Source: Bradyrhizobium sp. (GTDB taxonomy: Bacteria; Pseudomonadota; Alphaproteobacteria; Rhizobiales; Xanthobacteraceae). Taken from it: 64,000 nucleotides of DNA. The stretch lies in the NCBI RefSeq assembly GCF_030654605.1, contig NZ_JAURXB010000296.1:7220-71219 (forward strand), read 5' to 3'. The notes beneath the pieces are model-generated. The model was not told the origin of the DNA. It saw nothing but the letters and a program-made list of their open reading frames with translations, and searched no databases. The first letter of the stretch is position 1, and each line of letters begins with the position of its first letter. Position numbers and translations under genes: made by a program. Positions 1 through 8,931 of this stretch are shown here, piece after piece.

Positions 1-412
1 CGAAGAACGAGACGCCGATGAACAGCAGGAACACGAAGGCCCAGGCCGAGATCATCCGCGTCATCTGCCGCAGCTGGCCGCGGAACACCTGGACCTCGTA
101 GATGTCGGCGGCCTGGAAGCAGATCACCGCGGCCGCGGTCATGGCGAAAATCGCCCCGACATATTCCCAGTAGAAGCCCGACAGCGGCACCACATAGAAC
201 AGATAGATCGCGATGCCGACCAGGCTGAGCAGCACGAAATCGGCGACGCGCACCGCGCCCGCGATCACGATCGGCGAATAGGCCCGCCGGACCTTCTGGT
301 TGGTGACGGCAAGGGCAGCCTGGGACAGCCGGCGGCGCCGTTCGACCGGCGGGCGGTCCGGCGCGGCAGTTACCTTGGCGGAGACCGCGGCGGCAGCCGC
401 GGCATCGAGCAT
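1..412 (-). CDS. polyprenyl-phosphate hexose-1-phosphate (priming) glycosyltransferase, N-terminal part; 3' end lies outside the window
   Basis: Absent from the ORF track because it is open at the window edge. Hand translation of the minus strand from ATG 412..410 reads MLDAAAAAAVSAKVTAAPDRPPVERRRRLSQAALAVTNQKVRRAYSPIVIAGAVRVADFVLLSLVGIAIYLFYV...IYEVQVFRGQLRQMTRMISAWAFVFLLFIGVSFF with no stop down to base 2. Several hydrophobic helices as in WbaP/ExoY-type N-termini. Alternative in-frame GTG at 436..434. Confidence 0.55.
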   Translation of the reverse strand, partial: MLDAAAAAAVSAKVTAAPDRPPVERRRRLSQAALAVTNQKVRRAYSPIVIAGAVRVADFVLLSLVGIAIYLFYVVPLSGFYWEYVGAIFAMTAAAVICFQAADIYEVQVFRGQLRQMTRMISAWAFVFLLFIGVSFF

Positions 413-573
413 AGAGCGTGCGTTGAGCGGTTCCACGTTAGTCCAAATCCGTCCCTGAAGTTCTCAAAGTCCGTCTTGCACGAGCATCTAGGTATGCTCG
501 CCGCGAGCGGAATTCCCCCAGCTTCCGGATTAGAGGACAAATCGGAAGAAACGGTTAGCGGAGTAAGGAATGG

Positions 574-1707
574 TTAACGATCGGCAAACGCGTCGCGGTA
601 GCCGGCCAGCACGCCTTCGACCATCGCCTTCTGCGAAAAATGCAGGAAGATGCGCTCGCGCAGCGATCGCGCGCGGGCCATGGCTGCTTCGGGATCCTCC
701 AGCGCGGTTTCGATGGCGTCCGCCATCGCGCCGACGATGTTGGGAGCGAACAGCGCGTCGGTATGCTCGGCGAAAATCTCCGGGATTCCGCCGACATTGG
801 CGGCCACCATCGGAATCCCCGCCGCCGCCGCCTCGATCACCACATAGGGCATCGAATCGCCGCGCGACGGCACCACCAGCAGCCTGCCCTTGGAAAAGCC
901 GTAGCGCGCCTTGACGTGGCCGATGAAGCGGACGGCCTCGCCAAGCCCGAGCCGTGCGATCTGGGCCTTGAGATGGTCGAGTTCCTCGCCGTCGCCGGCC
1001 AGCGTCAGCGTCACGGGTTTGCCGTCGGCGCGCAGCCGCGCTGCCGCGTCGATCAACAGGTCCGCGCCCTTGATGTGGCGGAACTCGCCGACATAGACCA
1101 CGTCGGTGGCGTCATCAGCCGTTACGACCGGATCGAACTCGTCGGCGGTGACGCCGTTGAACACGCAGCGCACGAGGCCGGAGGGGACCCCGATGGTGCG
1201 CTGATAGGTGTCGCGCGCGAACGCGCTCTCGAACAGGAACAAATCGGTCGAGTTCATCAGCGCGCGTTCGAGCCGGCTGTACAGCATGCCCTTCAGCGTG
1301 TTGAGGGGATAATGCAGCGAGCCGCCATGCGGCGTGTAGACCCGGATGGTTTCCTTCGAGCGGGATTTCAGCCGGATGAAGGCGCCGGCCTTGGCGCCGT
1401 GGCCGTGCAGCACGTCCGGCTTCAGCCGCTTGATCAGGCGCATGAAATGTGCCCACACCAGCACGTCGGTGGGAAACGGCTCGCGGCGGATGGCAAGACG
1501 GTGCACGCCGAGTTTCAGGCGGGGCGCGATTTCCTTCAGCGCCGCTTCGGCGCGCTCGCCGCCGGTGAGGCTGTCGGCGATGATGCCGACGTGATGACCG
1601 CGATCGGCCTGGCCGTTGGCGAGATCCATGATGTGGCGGAAAATGCCGCCGACCGGCGCCCGCACCGCGTGCAGGATACGAAGCGGCTGACCTTCAATCA
1701 GGGGCAT
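574..1707 (-). CDS. glycosyltransferase family 4 (group 1, GT-B fold)
   Basis: 377-aa ORF. C-terminal VPSRGDSMPYVVIEAAAAGIPMVAANVGGIPEI resembles the GT4 E-x7-E region. Starts 2 nt after the stop of the upstream export gene, so same operon. Confidence 0.85.
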   Translation of the reverse strand: MPLIEGQPLRILHAVRAPVGGIFRHIMDLANGQADRGHHVGIIADSLTGGERAEAALKEIAPRLKLGVHRLAIRREPFPTDVLVWAHFMRLIKRLKPDVLHGHGAKAGAFIRLKSRSKETIRVYTPHGGSLHYPLNTLKGMLYSRLERALMNSTDLFLFESAFARDTYQRTIGVPSGLVRCVFNGVTADEFDPVVTADDATDVVYVGEFRHIKGADLLIDAAARLRADGKPVTLTLAGDGEELDHLKAQIARLGLGEAVRFIGHVKARYGFSKGRLLVVPSRGDSMPYVVIEAAAAGIPMVAANVGGIPEIFAEHTDALFAPNIVGAMADAIETALEDPEAAMARARSLRERIFLHFSQKAMVEGVLAGYRDAFADR

Positions 1708-1709
1708 GG

Positions 1710-2357
1710 TCAGAACCAGCGTTCGCCGACGAGTACGGTATCGCCGGGGCTGATGGCGGTGCCGAGCGGCACGATGGTTCGCATCGAGCCTGCGGGATCG
1801 TTGTGGGTGATCGTGACGCGATCGCGCAGCGCGCGCGGCGAGAAGCCGCCGGCAATGGCGACCGCGCTCTCCACCGTCATGTTCGGCACGTAGGGATATT
1901 GGCCGGGTGCTGCGACCTCGCCGAGGATGAAGAACGGCCGGTAGGCCTCGATCTCCACCGCGACCGACGGCTCGCGGATGAAACCGTTGCGCAGCCTGGC
2001 GGTGATGGCGGCGGCGAGGCCCGCGGGCGTTTTGCCACGCGCCGGCACCGAGCCGATCAGCGGCATGGTGATGGAGCCGCCGGCATCGATCGCATAGGTA
2101 TTGGTGAGACCTTCCTGGCCGTAGACCACGACCCGGAGTTTGTCGCCGGCGTCGAGCCGGTAGGCGGTGTCATATCTGGCGGGTTCCGGGGCATAGGCCA
2201 CCGCCACGGCAGGGGCCGTCGCGTGGCTTTGCCCATAGGTCATCGTATCAAGATCGGCTTGCGGCTGCACCACGGCGACCGGCGCGGAGCGGCGCATGCA
2301 GCCGGCCAGAGCGAGCGCAGTCAGCAGGCAAAAAATGACGGTACGCACGCCTCGCAT
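1710..2357 (-). CDS. polysaccharide export outer-membrane lipoprotein (Wza/GumB/ExoF-like, Poly_export + SLBB)
   Basis: ORF 1710..2387. Likely start is the ATG at 2357 giving MRGVRTVIFCLLTALALAGC (lipobox LAGC). YRLDAGDKLRVVVYGQEGL...GSITMPLIG and FFILGEVAAPGQYPY are typical Poly_export/SLBB motifs. Confidence 0.85.
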   Translation of the reverse strand: MRGVRTVIFCLLTALALAGCMRRSAPVAVVQPQADLDTMTYGQSHATAPAVAVAYAPEPARYDTAYRLDAGDKLRVVVYGQEGLTNTYAIDAGGSITMPLIGSVPARGKTPAGLAAAITARLRNGFIREPSVAVEIEAYRPFFILGEVAAPGQYPYVPNMTVESAVAIAGGFSPRALRDRVTITHNDPAGSMRTIVPLGTAISPGDTVLVGERWF

Positions 2358-2520
2358 CGGACAGCCCAGGGAAAATCGTTGAAGCAAATTTCTGATTCCG
2401 ATTAAGGGCTTTCATGGTTAACAAAGCGTGACCGTGGCGCCCCCGGACCGATGTTCTCCGGGGTCAATGGCGCGGATTAACCCAGCGGCAACCTTAATGG
2501 AGTGTAATCACCGCAGTTGA

Positions 2521-4854
2521 GTGGATGAGTTGCGTCCGCGGGAGTGTGCGATGCGTTTAGCGTTCTGGCGTGCAGGCAAGGACAAGGCGGGCAGGGCCAA
2601 AGCTCTGGTCGAGAAGGCTCTGGTCGAGAAGGCTGCGGTCCAGAGGTCCGCCGCGAAGCCTGCACCCGATTCGTATCGACCGGCCACCGCAGCCCCGACC
2701 GGCGATCTCGATCTGCGTGCGCTGGGCCAGGCGCTGGCCCGCAAGAAGGGCTGGATCATCGTTCCGACCCTGCTCGCCGCCGTGTTGTCGGTGACCGCGG
2801 TCAATCTGGTGACCCCGCGCTACAAATCCGAAGCCCGCATCCTGGTCGACGGCCGCGAGAACATCTTTTTGCGGCCGACCGGCGAGCGCAGCGAGGAGCG
2901 CAGCTCGGTCGTCGATGCCGAGGCCGTCACCAGCCAGGTCCAGCTGCTGCTGTCACGCGACCTCGCGCGCGAGATCATCAAGAAGAACAAGCTCGCCGAG
3001 CGCCCGGAATTCGATCCGGTGCTGCAGGGGCTTTCGCCGTTCAAATCGCTGCTGGCCCTGTTCGGGATCGGCCGCGACCCGTTCTCGCTGACTCCCGAAG
3101 AACGGGTGCTCGACACCTATTACGACCGCTTCACCGCCTACGCGGTCGACAAGTCGCGCGTCATCGTCATCGAATTCCAGTCGTGGGATCCGGAACTGGC
3201 GGCGCGCGTCGCCAATTCGATCGCCGACGGCTATCTGGTGCTGCAGCAGAATGCGCGGCAGGAGCAGGCCAAATCCGCCGGCCTGTGGCTGTCCGGCGAG
3301 ATCGACAGCCTGCGCAAGAAGGTCGCGGAAGCCGAATCGCGGGTCGAGGATTTCCGCTCGAAATCCAGCCTGTTCGTCGGCACCAACAACACCACGCTGT
3401 CGAACCAGCAGATGGGCGAGCTCAACACGCAATTGAACAACGCCCGTGCGTTGAAGTCCGACGCCGAATCGAAGGCGCGGCTGATCCGCGAAATGCTCCA
3501 GAGCGGCAAGCCGATCGAGGCTTCCGAGGTGCTCAATTCCGAACTGACGCGACGGCTGTCCGAGCAGCGCGTCACGCTGCGCGCGCAGCTGGCCGAGCAG
3601 TCCTCGACCCTGCTCGACAACCATCCGCGCATCAAGGAATTGAAGGCGCAGCTGGGCGATCTCGATCGCCAGCTCCGCGAGGAAGCCAGCAAGCTGTCGC
3701 GTTCGTTCGACAGCGACGCAAGGATCGCCGGCGGCAGGGTCGAGGGCCTCAGCGCCAGCCTGGAGCAGGTGAAGAAACAGGCCGGTTCGACCAACACCCA
3801 GGACGTGCAGCTGCGTGCGCTGGAGCGCGAGGCCAAGGCGCAGCGCGACCTGCTGGAATCCTATCTGGCGAAATACCGTGAGGCCAACACCCGCGAGAAC
3901 ATCGAGGCGGCCCCTGCAGACGGCCGGATCATTTCCCGGGCCAGCGTCTCCAACACACCAGCTTACCCGAAGAAGCTGCCGATCGTGCTGATCGCGACGC
4001 TGGCAACCCTGATGCTCACCGCTGGCGCCATCGTGACGGGCGAATTGCTGCGCATGACGGCGCCGCGCGCGGTGGCGGCAATCGCCTCCGCGCCGGCTGC
4101 GATCCGCGCCAGGTCTGCCACTGTCAGATCTGCGGTCGTCACGGCCACGGCCGAGCCTGAATTCGACATCGAACCCGAGGCTGAGCCCGAAATGGCTCCG
4201 GCGTTGCGTGATTCTCCTGACATCGAGTCTCCCGGCATCGTGCCCGAACTCTCCGAAATGGAGCGGCTGGCCGATGATCTGCGCAGCGCCGGCGACACCG
4301 CGCGCAAGGTCACCGTACTCGGCACCGCCTCGAACGAAAGCATCACGTTGACCGCGCTGACGCTGGCGCGGCTGATCGCGCGCCAGGCCCGGGTCGTGGT
4401 GGTCGATCTGTCGGCGTCGTCGCCGACCATTTCAGCGGTATCGGTCGATCCGGCCGCGCCGGGCCTGGTGGAATTGATGCTGGGCGAGGCGTCGTTCTCG
4501 CAGATCATTACCAAGGATAAATTGTCGCGGGCTCACCTCGTGATCTCAGGACGTCCGGGTTCGGACCGCAGCCTGCTGCAATCGCCGCGACTGACGCTGG
4601 CGATCGATGCCTTGCTGCGGGTCTATGACCATGTGGTGCTGGATGCCGGCACCGCTTCCGACCTGCCGGCCGAACTGCTGACCGCGCAGGCGCGCGCCGT
4701 GGTGGTGCCGGATGCCTCGATGGCGCCGGACGCCCGCACCCTGATGTGCGAGCAGCTGCGTGCGGTCGGCTTTTCCGACGTGACGATGCTGAGCAAGCCG
4801 GTGCAGCCGTCGTCGGATATCGTGCAGTCAGGCCCGCGCGTGGTGGCGGCCTGA
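2521..4854 (+). CDS. exopolysaccharide transport / chain-length determinant protein (GumC/ExoP-like PCP) with degenerate C-terminal P-loop domain
   Basis: 777-aa ORF. Wzz-like N-terminus (TM WIIVPTLLAAVLSVTAV, then PRYKSEARILV), long coiled-coil periplasmic region, second TM (LPIVLIATLATLMLTAGAIV), C-terminal MinD/BY-kinase-like fold (VTVLGTASNESITL...VVVVDL...YDHVVLDAG). Start is GTG 2521 or ATG 2551. Confidence 0.85.
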   Translation: MDELRPRECAMRLAFWRAGKDKAGRAKALVEKALVEKAAVQRSAAKPAPDSYRPATAAPTGDLDLRALGQALARKKGWIIVPTLLAAVLSVTAVNLVTPRYKSEARILVDGRENIFLRPTGERSEERSSVVDAEAVTSQVQLLLSRDLAREIIKKNKLAERPEFDPVLQGLSPFKSLLALFGIGRDPFSLTPEERVLDTYYDRFTAYAVDKSRVIVIEFQSWDPELAARVANSIADGYLVLQQNARQEQAKSAGLWLSGEIDSLRKKVAEAESRVEDFRSKSSLFVGTNNTTLSNQQMGELNTQLNNARALKSDAESKARLIREMLQSGKPIEASEVLNSELTRRLSEQRVTLRAQLAEQSSTLLDNHPRIKELKAQLGDLDRQLREEASKLSRSFDSDARIAGGRVEGLSASLEQVKKQAGSTNTQDVQLRALEREAKAQRDLLESYLAKYREANTRENIEAAPADGRIISRASVSNTPAYPKKLPIVLIATLATLMLTAGAIVTGELLRMTAPRAVAAIASAPAAIRARSATVRSAVVTATAEPEFDIEPEAEPEMAPALRDSPDIESPGIVPELSEMERLADDLRSAGDTARKVTVLGTASNESITLTALTLARLIARQARVVVVDLSASSPTISAVSVDPAAPGLVELMLGEASFSQIITKDKLSRAHLVISGRPGSDRSLLQSPRLTLAIDALLRVYDHVVLDAGTASDLPAELLTAQARAVVVPDASMAPDARTLMCEQLRAVGFSDVTMLSKPVQPSSDIVQSGPRVVAA

Positions 4855-4884
4855 GGGGCGCTGCTGTTACGCACATACGCCGCT

Positions 4885-4987
4885 GTCATCGCCCGGCGAA
4901 GACCGGGCGATCCAGTATCCAGAGACGCCAACGACAGAGTCGAGAAGCTGCGGCGTACTGGATCGCCCGGTCAAGCCGGGCGACGAC
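4885..4987. repeat. nested palindromic REP/MITE-like element (family also at 63464-63570)
   Basis: gtcatcgcccggcgaagaccgggcgatccagtat (4885-4918) is the imperfect inverted partner of tactggatcgcccggtcaagccgggcgacgac (4956-4987). Each arm is itself a hairpin (cgcccgg...ccgggcg). Confidence 0.8.
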
Positions 4988-5015
4988 AGTTCTGATTGTG
5001 TTGGTCTATCGAAAT

Positions 5016-5094
5016 CGTCATTGCGAGCGCAGCGAAGCAATCCATGTCTCCGCAGAACGAAAGAATGGATTGCTTCGCTGCGCTCGCAATGACG
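5016..5094. repeat. perfect 30-bp inverted repeat (REP-like palindrome)
   Basis: cgtcattgcgagcgcagcgaagcaatccat (5016-5045) and its exact reverse complement atggattgcttcgctgcgctcgcaatgacg (5065-5094), with a 19-nt loop. Lies between two convergent genes. Confidence 0.9.
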
Positions 5095-5126
5095 TCGATA
5101 GAGATTGCTCCGCGGAAGATCAGCGC

Positions 5127-6317
5127 CTAGCGAAACGCGCTGCGCAGCTTCTGCGCCAGGTCGAACAGCGCCTGATTGTGCTTCACCAGATGCTTGGCGC
5201 GGTTGACGCCTGACATTGCGGCGGCGGCCAGTCTGCCGCGCAGGCTGAGCGGAATAAAACTGTCGAAGATCGGCTCGTCGTCCTTGCAGAACAGCCGCTT
5301 GTAGTCATCCGATCCGATCCCGAGGTCGAGCGCGCGATAGCCGCGTTCGGCATAGTGGTCGACGATGTCGCGCATCAGGATCAGGCCGGGGCTGTATTTC
5401 GAGTTGGCCGACAGCGTGTAGGTGTTGAACATCATGGAAAAGCGGTGGCCGTCATTGACGCCGGCGAAGATTGCGATCGGCTCGTCGTCGCATTCGAGCG
5501 CGTGAATATCGATGGCGCGGCCGCCGTCCGCAAGCTGCGCCATGCAGGCGTCGCGGACGAACTCCTCGACGCCGGGGTCGGCGAACACGTTGGGCAGTTT
5601 CTGCTCCGCCATCCGCTGCGGCTTGATGACGAAGAACCAGTCGAGCAGGCGCTTGATTTCGGCGTCCGTGGTCGCGACGTGGCTGCGATAGCCGGGAAGC
5701 GACTGCAGCTTGCGTTCCTTGCCCTTGAGCCTGCGCCGGAACGAACTCGAGATCCGCACTGTCGGCGGCTCCTCGGGCACGATCTTCATCAGCGGACAGT
5801 CATTGGCCGAGGCCTGGTGCGGCAACAGCGCCATCGGGTTCGGCGCGCCGCGCCAGGTCAGTGGCTGCTGGCCCAGCGCCAGAACGTCGGCCTCGGATCG
5901 CGCGCGTATCGCCGATGTCAGGGCGTCGAGATCGGTCGCGCTGGCCGCGACGGCAAATTTGCGGTCCCATAACGCCATGTTGAAGGTGGCGTGCTTGCCG
6001 CCCATGAAGCTCGCGGTGCGAACGCCGTGCTCGTGGCTGAGCGTGAGCGGCAGCAGCAACAGCGGCCGGCGCTCGACGTCGTAAGCGATCACGATGAAGG
6101 GACGATGGCCCTCGCGGGCGCCGACCTGCCGCTGCCAGGCACTGAGGAAATCGAAGCGCTGATACGGCGTGGAAAACTGCCTGATGTCTTCGAGGCCGCG
6201 CCAGATGGCCTCGGCCTTGTCGAGATCCGCAAAAATATCCACGCCGGCGATGCGGCTGATCCCGGTCGATGCCGGCGCTTGCCCCGTTCGGTTGTCGATC
6301 GCGGCGGCCATGGTCAT
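5127..6317 (-). CDS. GNAT-fold acyltransferase, FemAB/CelD(BcsL)-like
   Basis: ORF 5127..6533. The N-terminal 72 codons look non-coding, so the likely start is ATG 6317 (MTMAAAIDNR). C-terminal YSPGLILMRDIVDHYAERGYRALDLGIGSDDYKRLFC matches the CelD-like/Acetyltransf_6 pattern. Confidence 0.75.
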   Translation of the reverse strand: MTMAAAIDNRTGQAPASTGISRIAGVDIFADLDKAEAIWRGLEDIRQFSTPYQRFDFLSAWQRQVGAREGHRPFIVIAYDVERRPLLLLPLTLSHEHGVRTASFMGGKHATFNMALWDRKFAVAASATDLDALTSAIRARSEADVLALGQQPLTWRGAPNPMALLPHQASANDCPLMKIVPEEPPTVRISSSFRRRLKGKERKLQSLPGYRSHVATTDAEIKRLLDWFFVIKPQRMAEQKLPNVFADPGVEEFVRDACMAQLADGGRAIDIHALECDDEPIAIFAGVNDGHRFSMMFNTYTLSANSKYSPGLILMRDIVDHYAERGYRALDLGIGSDDYKRLFCKDDEPIFDSFIPLSLRGRLAAAAMSGVNRAKHLVKHNQALFDLAQKLRSAFR

Positions 6318-6405
6318 CGCTATACCCGGATGCAGAAGATTATTTACATTTTTCGGCTTGGGCCGACCTTTGCAAAGAAATGTCAACAAAGAGTAAGGAC
6401 AATGC

Positions 6406-7515
6406 TTGCAGCGGCGGGGCGGGGCCGCCGCATCTGGGGACGCGAATTTGGCATCCGAAAACCTCTTCCTGACCAGTCTGCGGCTGGAACTGGCCTGGTT
6501 GTCCGGCCGCCATTGGCTGAGCGGCCGGGGCACCGGCGGCGCCGGCGTGGTTTTGCGGTTCGAACGGGTGCGGCCGCGCCGCGCCGGCCGCTTTCAACCG
6601 CTTCGCTCGCAGGAAATCACGCCGAAATTTCTCGACCGCACCATCCGGGCGCTAAAGCGCTGGAAGTTCGATATCGTCTCGATGGACGATGTTTGTCATC
6701 GCGCGGTGACGTCGCCGGCGCCACGGCGGTTCGTGGGCCTGACCTTCGACGGCGGCTACAAGGATCTGATCGCGTCGGCCTATCCGGTGCTGTCGCGGCA
6801 CGGCGTGCCGTTCACGGTTTACCTGCCGACTGCGTTTCCGGACCGCCTCGGCGAGGCCTGGTGGCTGGCGCTGGAAGCCATCATCGCGCGCGAGGGCCGG
6901 CTCAGCCTGGTGATGGACCGCCACGAGCGGCACTTCGACATCGAAGGCAGTGCCGAAAAATACCAGCTCTACGAATTTCTCTCGGGCTGGATGCGCACGC
7001 TGCCGCCGCCGGATCTATCGGCCGCGATCAACGATCTGTGCAAGCGATACTCGGTCAACCTCGCGACGCTGTCGCGCGACGCTGCGATGGATTGGGACGA
7101 TCTGGCAAAACTTGCCGCCGATCCGCTGGTGACGATCGGCAGTGCGACGGTCAACTATCCCGTGCTGTCGAACCTGAAAGACGTCGATGCGCAGCGCGAG
7201 ATGACGATGGGCCGGGCGGTCGCGCAGGCCGCATTCCACCGCGAGATCAGGCATTTCGCCTATCCGTTCGGCGATCGCGCCGCCTTCGCCCGCAAGCATG
7301 TACAGATGGCCGAGGAGGCCGGCTTCGTCAGTGCGGCGTCGGCGCTGCCTGGCGTGGTTCACGCCGAGGGACGCACCAATTTGCACGCGCTGCCGCGGCT
7401 TTCCTGGGACGGACGGCAACGCTCGCTGCGCGTCATGCGCGTGCTGCTCTCAGGCGCCGCCTTCGCGCCGGTGGCGCCGACGCGGAGCAGGGTTCGGGAC
7501 GACGATGAGGATTGA
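6406..7515 (+). CDS. polysaccharide deacetylase family protein (NodB-type)
   Basis: 369-aa ORF with LTFDGGYKD, FTVYLPT and FAYPFGD motifs of NodB-homology deacetylases. Start uncertain: TTG 6406 or TTG 6448. Divergent from the FemAB-like gene. Confidence 0.8.
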   Translation: MQRRGGAAASGDANLASENLFLTSLRLELAWLSGRHWLSGRGTGGAGVVLRFERVRPRRAGRFQPLRSQEITPKFLDRTIRALKRWKFDIVSMDDVCHRAVTSPAPRRFVGLTFDGGYKDLIASAYPVLSRHGVPFTVYLPTAFPDRLGEAWWLALEAIIAREGRLSLVMDRHERHFDIEGSAEKYQLYEFLSGWMRTLPPPDLSAAINDLCKRYSVNLATLSRDAAMDWDDLAKLAADPLVTIGSATVNYPVLSNLKDVDAQREMTMGRAVAQAAFHREIRHFAYPFGDRAAFARKHVQMAEEAGFVSAASALPGVVHAEGRTNLHALPRLSWDGRQRSLRVMRVLLSGAAFAPVAPTRSRVRDDDED

Positions 7516-7539
7516 GGAACCCGTCCTGACAGGATGAGG

Positions 7540-7746
7540 TCAGGCATCCGGCTTCGACATCCAGCTGATGATCGGCATCGCCGGCAGCACCCATCCGATG
7601 CCGGCCACGACATAGAAGATCGCCTGCAGCAGGCCCGAATTCGCCAGCCACGGCGTCTGCGCCACCGTCATGCCGAGCAGCGACCACACCACGACGAGGA
7701 CGAGCAAAGCGATGGTTCCGATGAATTTGCGGGTGCGTATCGTCAT
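7540..7746 (-). CDS. DUF2842 family small membrane protein
   Basis: ORF 7540..7824. Likely start gives [30 protein letters not shown]...[15 protein letters not shown], with two TM helices. Its position beside ctaA is typical in alphaproteobacteria. Confidence 0.7.
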   Translation of the reverse strand: MTIRTRKFIGTIALLVLVVVWSLLGMTVAQTPWLANSGLLQAIFYVVAGIGWVLPAMPIISWMSKPDA

Positions 7747-7839
7747 GACGGGAATGTGCATTTCTTTGCGTTTGCGCAACTTGCGCTCGGGAGGAGGCGG
7801 ACTATAAGGGGCGCGCCAGTTCATTCAAGCGCAGCGTCC

Positions 7840-8928
7840 ATGACCGCCAGTTCCGCACCGCCAGCACCGCACAACCGCGCCGTGAGATGGTGGCTGCTCT
7901 CGATCGCCGTGCTGATCGCGATCATGGTGCTGGTCGGCGGCGCCACGCGTCTGACCGAGTCGGGGCTGTCGATCGTCGAGTGGAAGCCGGTCACCGGCAC
8001 GCTGCCGCCGCTCGGCGAGGCGCAATGGATCGCGGCGTTCGAGGCCTACAAGACCATTCCGCAGTATCGCGAACTCAATGCCGGCATGTCGCTCGACCAG
8101 TTCAAGACCATCTTCTGGTGGGAATGGAGCCACCGGCTGCTCGGGCGCGTGATCGGGATAGCCTATCTGCTGCCGTTTCTCTGGTTTCTGTGGCGCGGTG
8201 CCTTGGCTGCGGAGCTGAAACGCCGGCTATGGCTGATCTTCGGCCTCGGCGCGTTGCAGGGCGCGGTCGGCTGGTGGATGGTGGCGTCAGGGCTGACGCA
8301 ACGCACCGAGGTGTCGCAATATCGTCTCGCCACCCATCTGGTGCTGGCGCTCGTCATCTTTGCGGCGATTGTCTGGACGCTGCGGCGGATGGCGGGCCGG
8401 CCTCCGGCCATCGTCCCGGCGCGGCTGCGGATCACCAGCGTCGCGCTGCTGGTGCTGACCTTCGTGCAATTGTATCTCGGCGCGCTGGTCGCGGGCCTGC
8501 GCGCGGGACGGATTTACAATACCTGGCCGGAGATCGACGGCGCATTGATTCCGTCAGCGGCGCGGCTGTTCTTCGAAGAGCCGTGGTGGCGAAATTTGTT
8601 CGACAACCCGCTGACGGTGCAGTTCGAACACCGGATGACCGCGTATGCGCTGTTGGCGTTGACGATCCTGCATGCGGTCGATGCTATCCGCGCGCGGGCC
8701 GCAAAATACGTGATCGGCATCGCGGTGTGGCTGGCGGCGGCGATGCTCCTGCAGGCGGTGCTGGGTATTTTGACGCTGCTGCACCAGGTGCCGATCGATC
8801 TGGCTTTGGCGCACCAGGCCGTCGCCATGGTGGTGTTGACGCTGTCGATCTTCCAGGTCGAGCAACTGGCGGCGCAGTCAAAAGTCACGCCACAAAAGCT
8901 AAGTGTACCGGCGGGGCAGGCCGGCTGA
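7840..8928 (+). CDS. ctaA: heme A synthase (COX15/CtaA)
   Basis: In-frame ATG at 7840 within ORF 7534..8928 gives [53 protein letters not shown]..., the COX15 N-terminal signature. Multiple TM helices with conserved His residues. Confidence 0.9.
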   Translation: MTASSAPPAPHNRAVRWWLLSIAVLIAIMVLVGGATRLTESGLSIVEWKPVTGTLPPLGEAQWIAAFEAYKTIPQYRELNAGMSLDQFKTIFWWEWSHRLLGRVIGIAYLLPFLWFLWRGALAAELKRRLWLIFGLGALQGAVGWWMVASGLTQRTEVSQYRLATHLVLALVIFAAIVWTLRRMAGRPPAIVPARLRITSVALLVLTFVQLYLGALVAGLRAGRIYNTWPEIDGALIPSAARLFFEEPWWRNLFDNPLTVQFEHRMTAYALLALTILHAVDAIRARAAKYVIGIAVWLAAAMLLQAVLGILTLLHQVPIDLALAHQAVAMVVLTLSIFQVEQLAAQSKVTPQKLSVPAGQAG

Positions 8929-8931
8929 CCG

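Noticed and set aside
5127-6533. Full 468-aa version of the FemAB/CelD-like ORF with a 72-aa N-terminal extension (MPRPLSQWRPDNQASSSRR...).
   Set aside because: The extension runs through the A/T-rich divergent promoter region, is Arg/Pro/Lys-rich and overlaps the deacetylase 5' region. The internal ATG at 6317 gives a normal N-terminus.
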